Virus record (IMG/VR): IMGVR_UViG_3300023108_000002
DNA from: a virus
Taxonomy: Duplodnaviria > Caudoviricetes
Strand: one strand, 5' to 3'
Length of the DNA: 64,000 bases
In this document: in pieces, positions 42,374-51,529 of the stretch
How the letters are laid out: every line of letters starts with the position of its first letter
Position numbering within the stretch: the stretch's first letter is position 1
Notes under the pieces: model-generated
The model's input: the letters and a program-made list of their open reading frames with translations, nothing else
Told to the model about the DNA's origin: nothing
Databases searched by the model: none
Program-made: the position numbers and the translations under genes

Positions 42374-45082
42374 TTAGAATGCTCCATGTAAACCTCTGGT
42401 CGCATCTCTGATTGCTTGGTCAGTGTGTCTGACTTCTGGCTTCTGTACTGCTGTAGTTGTATTGTTATTGACTACATTATTTGTAGTTGATTGCGGAGCA
42501 ACAACTACATTTGCAGCACCGCCTGCAGGGCCCGCTGAATCTAGTGCATTTGTATTCATAAATTCACTTGCTGCAAGTTTTTGTTGAGCAGAGTTTAATT
42601 CATTGGCAGATGTATTGGAAACGTCTGTAGTTAAGCCCGATGCGTTTAGAGTGTTTGTTGGTGTTATGTCTTGAATAGCTGAAAGCTTTTCTCTTTCTGC
42701 ATTCAAAAGTTCTGTTGTTTTATTCACTCGAATTTGACGTGCTTCTTTCACTGGATCGGGTCCTCTTTTGGGACTTTTTGTGTTGTCCAATGCTGCTTGT
42801 TCTTTTGCTAGTGTACTTTCCAATCTCTTTATGTTTTCTTCAATTTTCGCTTTTTCTTTTGCTTGTAGTATTTGGTTTTGTTTTTCGATATTATTTTCTG
42901 CTCCAGAAATCATTTCTTTTGCTAATTGAGTCAGTTCGTCTGTTCTTTGTTTAAAGAGTTCTGGATTTGTTGTAGAATCTGTATCAAATGGGCGCGGATT
43001 TTCTGGGGTGCGATACATATCATTATAAGTATCTCTTACCATCAATCCAATATCCAATGGAGCTCCCGCTAAGCTTGGTAAAAATATTCCAGCACCTTCG
43101 GCTGCAGCCCCGGCGAAATCTCCCTCAAACAATCTTCCTAATGCAAAAATTCCTCCAGCAGCAATTCCAAGAGCAGGTATTGCTTTTACTGCAACGCCTG
43201 CTGCATTTTTTGCCAGAATTTTCATTGCTAGTTTTTTATCGATTGATGATGCTACTTTTGCTACACTACCTGTTTGGTTTCCGGCCGCACTGGCAGCACT
43301 ATCGATTGCACTAACGACACCTCTATTGTTGCTCGCAATTATTTTTCTTGCCTCTTCTAATCCACCATCTCCCGCTCTTGGTGCTGCAGATGGTTTTGAT
43401 ATGGCCGGATCGACTTTTGTATTGACGCCATCCGACACTGCGACTTTTATATCGTTATTCTGGCGCAATCTCACTCGTTCATCGTTTATTAGGTCAGTCT
43501 GAGTTTTTCTTTGGTCAAATTTCTTAATTTCGGCATCTTGTGCTTTTTTTGCCAACGCCTCTCTTTCTAATCTTCGAAACTCTAAATCGGCCCGCTGTCT
43601 TTGTTTCATTTTTTCAATTTCTGCCTGTTGTTTCGCTTTTGCTCTTTTCTCTGCTTCTGCATCGGCGTCAGTTTTTTTCGTATTATCGGCGTCAGTTTTT
43701 TTCGTATTATCGGCGTCAGTTTTTTTCGTATTATCGACGTTGTCAACATTAGGTTCTGGTAAATCGGGTGCTCTAAACATTGATGTAAGTAGAGATCCGC
43801 CACCAATCGCAGCAGTCAATGCTAAAAGACCTTTTCCTAATTTTCCTCTAGTCAGTGCTTTTGTTAAATTTTTCAATCCGCCTAAAAGGCCTTTTCCCTT
43901 TCCTTTTCCTTTTCCTCCGAAAAGATTTCCTAAAAAAGAGCCCCCTGCAACTGCGCCAAAGAGATCAACTCCACTTCCATCTCCATCGCCGCCGGGCCCA
44001 GGCCCACCGCTTTCAGCAATCTCTTTGTTGGTTTTTGCAAGTGCTTGTAATGCTTTCAGTTGTGCAAGTTCTATTTGTTGATCTTTTTTTCTTTCTCTTC
44101 TGAGTTCTCTCTGTTCTTCTATTTCTAATGATGTTGGATTACCATCATTATCTTTCATCCATTGTAGGAGATCTCTTATTTCTGCTAGATATGGTTCATT
44201 AGGCCCAAGTTTTGTATCTATTTCATCAAGTGCATCTTTATTTCCTGTGAGTTTATCTTCTATTCCAGAATTATCTACAGGTTCTGGTTTATTCTCTGGT
44301 TGTGATACTGAAGGTTCACCATCTAATCCAAATTTTGACTTGAGTGCTTCAATCTCATCCAGTTCTGCTTTTTTAATTTCTCTATCTTGTTTGTCTGCTT
44401 GTGCTTTTCTAATGATGTTGTCTTTGATTTCATTTATGACTTCATCTTCAGATACGCCTCTACGTCTTGCCTCTTCTTGGATTTTTTCTTGATCCATATT
44501 AGAACGAGCAATCGCATCTTCGTTTGATATTTGGGTTCGTAGTACTTCGAATTCTTTTTTCTCTAGAGCTCTTTGTGCTGCAATTCTTTCTTCTCTTTGT
44601 GCATTTTCTTCTTTAGCAGCTTTGCGTCTTTCTCTGAATTGTTTTACTCTTTGTCCAATAAAACTTGCTCCCATTGCGAGAAGTGGACTTTGTGATAATG
44701 CTCCCGTTACAAGGCCTCCTATTCCATCAAGACTTCCTTTGACAGTATCAGATACTAAATCTTTGACGCCTGCTTTAAATCCAGCATTTTCTTTGATGCT
44801 TGCTTGAGAATTTTGAAGAACTTGTTCTAAGATTTGTCTTTCTCTATTAGAAACACCTTCCATATTTTCAAGTGTTGCACTTAATGCATCAATTCTTTTT
44901 CTAGTTTCCGTGAATTGTTTTACAGAAACATCTGATTGTTGTTCAAAAATAGAACCTATTTCATTCAATGCCTGTCTTGCACCGGCAGACTGAAGAGAAG
45001 CGCTCGCGTCTTTTACAGACTTCGCGAGCTCTTCTTGATTTTGTTTTACTAATTTTTCAGTTACTGATGCAAGATCTGCCAT
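42374..45082 (-). CDS. Tape-measure / gp29-like tail protein, 902 aa
   Basis: Long coiled-coil and Ala/Gly-rich helical protein downstream of gp26-gp51. Confidence 0.7.
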   Translation of the reverse strand: MADLASVTEKLVKQNQEELAKSVKDASASLQSAGARQALNEIGSIFEQQSDVSVKQFTETRKRIDALSATLENMEGVSNRERQILEQVLQNSQASIKENAGFKAGVKDLVSDTVKGSLDGIGGLVTGALSQSPLLAMGASFIGQRVKQFRERRKAAKEENAQREERIAAQRALEKKEFEVLRTQISNEDAIARSNMDQEKIQEEARRRGVSEDEVINEIKDNIIRKAQADKQDREIKKAELDEIEALKSKFGLDGEPSVSQPENKPEPVDNSGIEDKLTGNKDALDEIDTKLGPNEPYLAEIRDLLQWMKDNDGNPTSLEIEEQRELRRERKKDQQIELAQLKALQALAKTNKEIAESGGPGPGGDGDGSGVDLFGAVAGGSFLGNLFGGKGKGKGKGLLGGLKNLTKALTRGKLGKGLLALTAAIGGGSLLTSMFRAPDLPEPNVDNVDNTKKTDADNTKKTDADNTKKTDADAEAEKRAKAKQQAEIEKMKQRQRADLEFRRLEREALAKKAQDAEIKKFDQRKTQTDLINDERVRLRQNNDIKVAVSDGVNTKVDPAISKPSAAPRAGDGGLEEARKIIASNNRGVVSAIDSAASAAGNQTGSVAKVASSIDKKLAMKILAKNAAGVAVKAIPALGIAAGGIFALGRLFEGDFAGAAAEGAGIFLPSLAGAPLDIGLMVRDTYNDMYRTPENPRPFDTDSTTNPELFKQRTDELTQLAKEMISGAENNIEKQNQILQAKEKAKIEENIKRLESTLAKEQAALDNTKSPKRGPDPVKEARQIRVNKTTELLNAEREKLSAIQDITPTNTLNASGLTTDVSNTSANELNSAQQKLAASEFMNTNALDSAGPAGGAANVVVAPQSTTNNVVNNNTTTAVQKPEVRHTDQAIRDATRGLHGAF
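43661..43736. repeat. Perfect 24-bp tandem repeat x3 (DNTKKTDA)
   Basis: ATCGGCGTCAGTTTTTTTCGTATT at 43661, 43685 and 43709. Confidence 0.92.
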
Positions 45083-45384
45083 TATTTTCTACTCATGTAA
45101 GCTTGAGCACCAAAATAAAAACCAACAATAGATGCCTGTGCAATATAAAATAATCCGAATAAATCAGATAAAGCATTTACTCTAGAGTCTGATAAAACTG
45201 GTGTGAATAATACAATAGTAAAAATTAACATAGAAGCCAAAGATATCCAACTCATTTTCTTTTGAGTCTCTGCCTTTTCTTCGGCTCTTTCTATTTCAAG
45301 CATTTCTTTTTTCAATGCGATTTCTTCTTGACTCACTTTTCCATCTCCATGTAGGTCAAAATTAATTTCCTCTGCTGGTGCCAT
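45082..45384 (-). CDS. Small two-TM membrane protein
   Basis: Two hydrophobic helices; lies in the tail operon. Confidence 0.7.
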   Translation of the reverse strand: MAPAEEINFDLHGDGKVSQEEIALKKEMLEIERAEEKAETQKKMSWISLASMLIFTIVLFTPVLSDSRVNALSDLFGLFYIAQASIVGFYFGAQAYMSRK

Positions 45385-45393
45385 TTGATTTCC

Positions 45394-45582
45394 TTATTGA
45401 TTTTGTTCTCTTCGTTTCTTTTCTTCGTTTAAATAATTAATCAATAAATTAAGATAGATTTCTCTTTCCCACGGAATCATATTTTCCAATTCACTCAAAC
45501 TATATTTATGATGATGCATTAACGCAAAGTTATTCCTATACAAAGACGCGAGGGATTCATGATTTAAGGTTAGGAAAAAAAA
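45394..45582 (-). CDS. gp51: Baseplate hub assembly protein gp51 frame (no canonical start; probably reached by -1 frameshift from gp26)
   Basis: NFALMHHHKYSLSELENMIPWEREIYLNLL signature. Confidence 0.85.
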   Translation of the reverse strand, partial: FFFLTLNHESLASLYRNNFALMHHHKYSLSELENMIPWEREIYLNLLINYLNEEKKRREQNQ

Positions 45583-46295
45583 TCGGAAATGCCTCTTACT
45601 TTCATTTCTTTTTGAAATCCACACTTAGGACATCTAATATTCACTTCACATACTGTTTCTGGCATATTTTCAAAGAAGTCATTTATTAAATCTAATTGTT
45701 TTTGTGTCAGATTTTCAATAAACTCCGATACTTCTTCAATAGTATAATCTGAAACATTGTGCATATCATCTGCATCCCAGATAAATTCTACGCAACTTGC
45801 AATTAATTTCACCAAATCATCATAATCTTCTGCTGATAAAAGCCTATTTAATGTTTCAAAATCAGGATATTTCATTATAAGACCAATTTCATCTGTTAGT
45901 TCTATTTTATTTGAATATCCTTCTTGTTCTGTGTTGACTCTAACTTGGTCTAAGTCAAGCAAAAAAGGTAATTGACAATCCCCTGGCCCGTTTTCCTTTT
46001 CTGAACAATTTTCTTTTTTATAATTCAAATTAATAATATTTCCAACAGATTTTGATCTGAGTTGAATGAATAGATATTCTATATCAAATGTAGATAATTT
46101 TTCTACATCAATATCATTTAATACGCAATTTCTTATTATTTGTTTAACTGCATCAATTTTTTCTTCTACTGTCTCTCCTTCTTGAGCCATCAAAAGAATT
46201 TTCTCTTCTTTGACCAGAAATGGCCTATATCTTATTTTTTTATTTGTCGATGGCAACTTCAATTCATAAGTTGGTGTATCAATTTTTGGTAACAT
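45570..46295 (-). CDS. gp26: Baseplate hub assembly protein gp26
   Basis: MLPKIDTPTYELKLPS...YRPFLVKEEKILL, DIEYLFIQLRSKSVG, CPKCG, ends GISDFFS. Confidence 0.92.
   Translation of the reverse strand: MLPKIDTPTYELKLPSTNKKIRYRPFLVKEEKILLMAQEGETVEEKIDAVKQIIRNCVLNDIDVEKLSTFDIEYLFIQLRSKSVGNIINLNYKKENCSEKENGPGDCQLPFLLDLDQVRVNTEQEGYSNKIELTDEIGLIMKYPDFETLNRLLSAEDYDDLVKLIASCVEFIWDADDMHNVSDYTIEEVSEFIENLTQKQLDLINDFFENMPETVCEVNIRCPKCGFQKEMKVRGISDFFS
45575..45582 (-). other. Candidate -1 ribosomal frameshift site (U8 run, U-UUU-UUU)
   Basis: Minus strand reads GAT TTT TTT TCC TAA; the -1 frame continues TTC CTA ACC into gp51. Confidence 0.65.
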
Positions 46296-46317
46296 AATTT
46301 CCTCACAAAATTAATTA

Positions 46318-47112
46318 TTAAAATGGTATTCTAAAAGATGAACGTAAATTTGAAATTCTATTATTTATTTGGTTTTGTGTAGCTTGAAATCTCTGACTTA
46401 CTTGGGACTGTAAGTTGGTAACTTGTCCTTGAATATTGTTACCTACAGTATTACGAAATTCTCCGACATAATCTCTCCCGGCCCTTTCAGCCAATTGGTC
46501 GAGTGTCGCAAATGGTAGTGAGCTCACTGGAGAATTTGCTGGGTATCCAGATGAAAATTGCCCCGTTTCTGTTGTTCTATTCTCCAAAACCGTTTCTGAA
46601 CTATATTTTAGATATGACATGGTAATTTGGCATTGTGCAACATCATCATTTCCATATGCAAATGAAACCTCTCCTATTGATAATGGAAATGCGTCTTGAA
46701 ACTCATGCACACTCATAAGAACATCTTTTTCATTGAAAACTAGCAATCTAAGTTTTCCATTATATTCTGTTGAATATCTTATTTTATGGTCTTGATAATC
46801 GATAACATAATGCATCCAGTTTTCAAACCATTCTCTCTCTTTTAGTCCTTCGCTCAAATAAATACTAAAAGTCAATTGGTCATATGTGGTGGAATATGGT
46901 GCTTGTCTTACAGGCCCATATACTTTTGTCTCTGTTGTTGCTAATGATTTTTGCGGAAGAGTTATGGATGGAACTCTAAATCTCAGATCTTGAGATCCCA
47001 TTTCTCTAATGTTATTTACTGCAATAGGAGGATGAACAAACAATTCATATCTATTTGCTTTTGTAAATCCAAGTTTTCCTACATTACTTATGAATTCAGA
47101 TATTGAGGCCAT
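46318..47112 (-). CDS. gp54: Tail tube initiator gp54-like protein
   Basis: KANRYE, LP...VYGP.R.APY...YD..TF, WFENW, DAFP.SI...Y tube-family motifs. Confidence 0.75.
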   Translation of the reverse strand: MASISEFISNVGKLGFTKANRYELFVHPPIAVNNIREMGSQDLRFRVPSITLPQKSLATTETKVYGPVRQAPYSTTYDQLTFSIYLSEGLKEREWFENWMHYVIDYQDHKIRYSTEYNGKLRLLVFNEKDVLMSVHEFQDAFPLSIGEVSFAYGNDDVAQCQITMSYLKYSSETVLENRTTETGQFSSGYPANSPVSSLPFATLDQLAERAGRDYVGEFRNTVGNNIQGQVTNLQSQVSQRFQATQNQINNRISNLRSSFRIPF

Positions 47113-47120
47113 TTATCTTC

Positions 47121-47696
47121 CTATCTTGCCTTAGCAGAATCTGACCAAACTTTTGATGCAGCTGCTTTTTTAAATTTTTGTACTGGTAAAAACAGAGCAA
47201 TGTCCCATTCATTTGCGTCTATTTTTACAAAGTTACCTTTTACATGTGTATATAGATATTTCTTCACACACGGTTTTATCATGTTATATTTAGACAAACC
47301 TTTTAGGACATTATAAGAAATTGCCAATTTTGTTTTGGCATCATAATTCTTTCCTTGAACTGTTCTGGTTAAAGCATCCATGATTACAATTCTGTTTCTT
47401 GGAGAAACATAATGAAGATTGATTCCCACAAATCCGCCAGGAATTTTATCTATCATGAATATGAGAGGAAATTCGTCATAGTAAGGTAATTTTTTTGCAT
47501 ATTTTGGGTCATAGTAATAGCAATACATTGAACCAATCTGTGGTCCGCTGACTTTTCTGTCAGATGCATTTGCTAGTGTGTTTCTACTAATCCTAGTTTC
47601 TCTAACCTTTTTTCGAAACCATTCTCTTGCTTTGTTTGTATTTGGTGTAATACCCTGAGCGGCAAGTCTATTTAATAGTGGTGCAAAATTTGCCAT
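47121..47696 (-). CDS. gp2: DNA end protector protein gp2
   Basis: YDPKYAKKLPYYDEFPLIF, GINLHY, CVKKYL, EWDIALFLP. Confidence 0.92.
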   Translation of the reverse strand: MANFAPLLNRLAAQGITPNTNKAREWFRKKVRETRISRNTLANASDRKVSGPQIGSMYCYYYDPKYAKKLPYYDEFPLIFMIDKIPGGFVGINLHYVSPRNRIVIMDALTRTVQGKNYDAKTKLAISYNVLKGLSKYNMIKPCVKKYLYTHVKGNFVKIDANEWDIALFLPVQKFKKAAASKVWSDSAKAR

Positions 47697-47697
47697 G

Positions 47698-48138
47698 TTA
47701 TCTTCCTAACTGATCTTCTGTCATAATTTTAAATTCCCAACTTCTGTCTTTACAGAATTCTTCTGCGGCTTTCCATTTTGCTTCATTTACAGACCAAGTT
47801 TTCATTTCGCTCAAATATCTAGGTGTAATTTTTTGTCTTTTTCTGGGTGCCTTGGTTTCTTTTTTGGGTTTTACTTCTACTATAATTGTTTTTGGCTTTC
47901 CTTCTCTATTCACCTTAACTAGAAAGTCAGGATAATATCTATGTACTTTTTTATCTAAAGGAGATAAATAAGGAATAACTAGTTCTTCACTAGACCAAAT
48001 TAAAACATCAGGATTTTCATCACAATACTTCATGAATCGTCTTTCCCACATAGAACGATACACAATATTTTTTACATTCCCAACGTATTTTTGTGGGTTA
48101 TTTGGGTTGTATTTTCCTTTATATGTAAATCTTCTCAT
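47698..48138 (-). CDS. gp4: Head completion nuclease gp4
   Basis: YRSMWE..FMKYCD, WSSEE..IPY, HRYYPDF, VEVKP, NEAKW. Confidence 0.95.
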   Translation of the reverse strand: MRRFTYKGKYNPNNPQKYVGNVKNIVYRSMWERRFMKYCDENPDVLIWSSEELVIPYLSPLDKKVHRYYPDFLVKVNREGKPKTIIVEVKPKKETKAPRKRQKITPRYLSEMKTWSVNEAKWKAAEEFCKDRSWEFKIMTEDQLGR

Positions 48139-48156
48139 TTAGATGAAAAAAACCTT

Positions 48157-48164
48157 TATAAATA
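48157..48164 (+). promoter_or_regulatory. T4 late promoter for the baseplate operon
   Basis: TATAAATA 27 bp upstream of gp48. Confidence 0.85.
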
Positions 48165-48190
48165 TATTTAACTATTTAGGAGAAAAATAG

Positions 48191-49015
48191 ATGTATCAAG
48201 AAGCAGGAAGAACAAACGCTTATGATATTGGCCTGTATAGTCAATTTGAAGGATCATATCCAATAGACGGACCTAATGCTATTGAAAATGATTATATTCT
48301 TTTTACTGGATATGAAGGAAAAGTTCCTGGCTATACAAAAATAAAAAGTCGAGGTGCTGCTTCTGCCAGGGCAACTGGAACTGTGAAACTTTATATTCCA
48401 GAAAATGTTAAAAATTCTACAAAATCAAATTATGAAGGAACAAACGGCGGAACTCTCTTATCGGCCGGTGTAAACGCTGGTGGAAATGTTGATGACCCTG
48501 CTTCTCTCAGTGGGGTTACGAAGTATTTGAAACAATTAGGCATTGATGCCATCACCGCGGTCGGTAATGCTGCCATTGGCGACAACGCAGCTGTAACTTC
48601 TCAGGCAGTAGGAGTTTCTGGTGCAGCAGCAAATAGACATGTTCTTTTTCAGGGTGTAGATTATAGACAATTTACATATCAATATAACATGATGCCAAAA
48701 ACAGCAGGCGAATCTCAACAACTAACAAATATAATTAAATATTTTAGAGCACAAATGTCACCCGAATTGACGGCGGGCGGAAACTTTTTTACTCCACCAA
48801 ACTTTTTTGGAATTAAATATTATATTGATGGAAGAGAATCTTCGCATTTAAATAAAATCAAACCCTGCGTATTAACTGACTGCGAAGTTGAATATGGTGG
48901 AAATGGTTCGTTTGGAATGTTTAGAGAAACTGGAGCTCCAGCGGTTGTTAACTTAACTCTTACTTTCCAAGAAGTTCAACTTATAACAAAATCAGACGTA
49001 CAGGTGGGTTTCTAA
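48191..49015 (+). CDS. gp48: Baseplate tail-tube cap gp48
   Basis: LYIP, LFQGVDYRQFTYQYNMMPK...ES..L..IIKYF, CVLTDCEV.Y, LTLTFQE. Confidence 0.85.
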   Translation: MYQEAGRTNAYDIGLYSQFEGSYPIDGPNAIENDYILFTGYEGKVPGYTKIKSRGAASARATGTVKLYIPENVKNSTKSNYEGTNGGTLLSAGVNAGGNVDDPASLSGVTKYLKQLGIDAITAVGNAAIGDNAAVTSQAVGVSGAAANRHVLFQGVDYRQFTYQYNMMPKTAGESQQLTNIIKYFRAQMSPELTAGGNFFTPPNFFGIKYYIDGRESSHLNKIKPCVLTDCEVEYGGNGSFGMFRETGAPAVVNLTLTFQEVQLITKSDVQVGF

Positions 49016-49016
49016 A

Positions 49017-50252
49017 ATGTTTAAAAATATTCAAAATATAGTATATGATATGAACCTTGATGGTAGGGTTCGCCCAGTAAAGAATATTTTTAAATATTCT
49101 TACATAATTCAATCATATGTAAATAATCCATTGTCAACTTTTGACTATACTGTTTCTGACAGCGATTCAGCAGAATTGATTGCAGCTCGTTATTATGGAG
49201 ATCCAGAATTATCTTGGATAATATTACTTCTAAATGATATTAAAGATATTTACAGCGAATGGCCAAAATCAGAATATTCTTTGATGAATTATTTAAAGAG
49301 AAATTATAATCCCGAAAGATTATCATATTTTGACCTAAAAAGAGTAAAGGCGCTGACAAAGAAAAATAATATTCCTGATCCAAAAGACGGCGATGTAATA
49401 TATTTGGAAGATTTGGATCAGACTCATAAGTTTGATGGCCCAAGTCAAAATTGGAATTTTATTTCTAATGGAAAACCACAATCAAGAATTTACAATAAAG
49501 AATATTTTATAACTTTAAACCAATATGATACTCCACAGTCATTTGTAGTTTCTTCAAAAACCTCAAAAATACCTGTCACAAATATGACTCTTAGAATTTA
49601 TAGAGGTTCTACTGTAAATATAAACTTTACAGGACAAGATGTTTCTAGATTATACATTACTAGAGATGATGGTGGTAGTTTCACTTCTGAGAATTATTTT
49701 AGAGAATATAGAGAAGGGATTGAAAATAATAGATTGTCAAATGGATTATTGACATTTAATGTTCCTATGGATGCGCCTAATAGATTATATTATCAATCTT
49801 CTAAGTATAGAGATGTGAGAGGTTCTATTGATATTTTAAATAGGGAAGATGAGTATTATGTTGAACATTCTGATAAAAATTCCTTACAGCAAAGAAGCGG
49901 CAATAGAGTAGGACAACTTGCTAGAGTTGGAAGTGATTTTTATATTTGGAACGGAAATATTAAAACTATAAACAATTTTATTAGTACTTGGGAAAAATTG
50001 ACAACTGATAGTAAAGTTCTTCATTTAGACATTGCAAAAAAAATTCCTAAACATTATATACACACAGAATATGACCATATTATTTCTTCCGAAACATATA
50101 CACATTTATCCGATCAAGAAAAAAAATTATATAAAAAATATTCATCATATGAATATGAATTTGATCTAAATGAAAATAATAGAATAATAAAAATTATGAG
50201 AAGAGAAGTTCTTTCAGAATTTTTGAAAGAATGGGAAAGGATTTCTAAGTAA
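49017..50252 (+). CDS. gp53: Baseplate wedge gp53, enlarged by a central insertion
   Basis: IAARYYGDPELSWIILLLN (LysM-like) and C-terminal YEYEFDLNENNRIIK, separated by about 200 extra residues. Confidence 0.85.
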   Translation: MFKNIQNIVYDMNLDGRVRPVKNIFKYSYIIQSYVNNPLSTFDYTVSDSDSAELIAARYYGDPELSWIILLLNDIKDIYSEWPKSEYSLMNYLKRNYNPERLSYFDLKRVKALTKKNNIPDPKDGDVIYLEDLDQTHKFDGPSQNWNFISNGKPQSRIYNKEYFITLNQYDTPQSFVVSSKTSKIPVTNMTLRIYRGSTVNINFTGQDVSRLYITRDDGGSFTSENYFREYREGIENNRLSNGLLTFNVPMDAPNRLYYQSSKYRDVRGSIDILNREDEYYVEHSDKNSLQQRSGNRVGQLARVGSDFYIWNGNIKTINNFISTWEKLTTDSKVLHLDIAKKIPKHYIHTEYDHIISSETYTHLSDQEKKLYKKYSSYEYEFDLNENNRIIKIMRREVLSEFLKEWERISK

Positions 50253-51529
50253 TGTCTGATTTTGCAAAGTTAGGTGATTATCAAATAAATGATTTGACAA
50301 TAACATCACACAATGGATTTCAAAGAAGTCTAATACCAATGGCAATGTCTATTCAAGTTTTTGAAGATATATTCTCTCCAAACATGACATGTAGAATTAG
50401 TATTAGTGATGATGGTGGAATGTTAAATTATTTGCCGATTATTGGACAGGAAAAGGTATCTTTTTCTTTTGTGACTATGGGTGGTACAACATCTATTAAT
50501 ATGAATATGATTGTTCATAAAATATCTGGCCTCACTGCCGATGGATTGTCTCAGTTATATAATTTAGAACTAGTTACCGAAGATATGATAAAAAATTTCG
50601 AAATGAGAATATCAGAAAGATTTGAGGGTAGTGTTACAGAAATAGCACAACAAGTCTTTAGTAAAATGGGAACAACAAAACAGTTGGAAGTTGAGCCCAG
50701 CGATGATAGATATGATGCAGAAACTGGAATCGTAATTCCAAATATGACTCCGATAAAGGCTTTAGATTTTTTAAGTGGAAAGGCATTTTCTGATACTTAT
50801 AAAAGTTCTTCTTATACATTTTTTGAAAATTCTAAAGGATATCATTTAAAACCTATTGAAGCTTTGGCACAAGGAGCCTCAAAAAATAAATTTTATCTTG
50901 GAGATTTGAAAAATGTTGATGGGCCAGGAGGACAGAATTCGGAAAACAAGAAAGTAATTGATTATTCTTTTGATTCTAATTTTTCTGTTATCGATAACAT
51001 AATGAGAGGAATGTATGTCGGAAATTTAATTACCGTTGACCTTCTTACAAGAAATTTCAAAACTTTAGAACATTCATATTGGGATAATTATATGGATTAT
51101 CAATATATGAATGATGGCCCTATACATGATGTTAGCGGAACAGGTGTTCAATATAATCCAAGCACATTATATATTGCTCCCGAAACAGAACTAGAAACTG
51201 GAAAGCCTTTGCAGAATCAAGAAAAGATATTTCTTCAAAGAAAGTTTCACAGACAATTGATGCAGAACATAAAATGCACAATAAGTGTATATGGAGATAG
51301 TGATTTGACAGTTGGGGATTGTATTGATTTGAATGTTCCATTATTTAGTTCGACAGACCCAGATGAAATAGATAAATATTACAGTGGTAAATATTTAATC
51401 ATGGCAATTCGGCACAGATTGCAATTTGGTAGATATATTACAGATATAGAAGTTGTTAAAGATTCTTTCAACGATTCGTTGCCATCTCCAATACCAATTC
51501 CAGTAGAAAATCGAGGAAACGCCAGATGA
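50252..51529 (+). CDS. Baseplate hub protein (gp27-like position)
   Basis: FEDIFSP...GMLNYLPIIGQE; YTFFENSKGY; GD..LTVGD.I; SGKYLI..IRH; lies between gp53 and gp5. Confidence 0.7.
   Translation: MSDFAKLGDYQINDLTITSHNGFQRSLIPMAMSIQVFEDIFSPNMTCRISISDDGGMLNYLPIIGQEKVSFSFVTMGGTTSINMNMIVHKISGLTADGLSQLYNLELVTEDMIKNFEMRISERFEGSVTEIAQQVFSKMGTTKQLEVEPSDDRYDAETGIVIPNMTPIKALDFLSGKAFSDTYKSSSYTFFENSKGYHLKPIEALAQGASKNKFYLGDLKNVDGPGGQNSENKKVIDYSFDSNFSVIDNIMRGMYVGNLITVDLLTRNFKTLEHSYWDNYMDYQYMNDGPIHDVSGTGVQYNPSTLYIAPETELETGKPLQNQEKIFLQRKFHRQLMQNIKCTISVYGDSDLTVGDCIDLNVPLFSSTDPDEIDKYYSGKYLIMAIRHRLQFGRYITDIEVVKDSFNDSLPSPIPIPVENRGNAR

Noticed and set aside
43661-43736. 24-bp triple repeat in the tape-measure-like gene as a contingency locus
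   Set aside because: In-frame low-complexity linker repeat; recorded as a feature, with no evidence of phase variation
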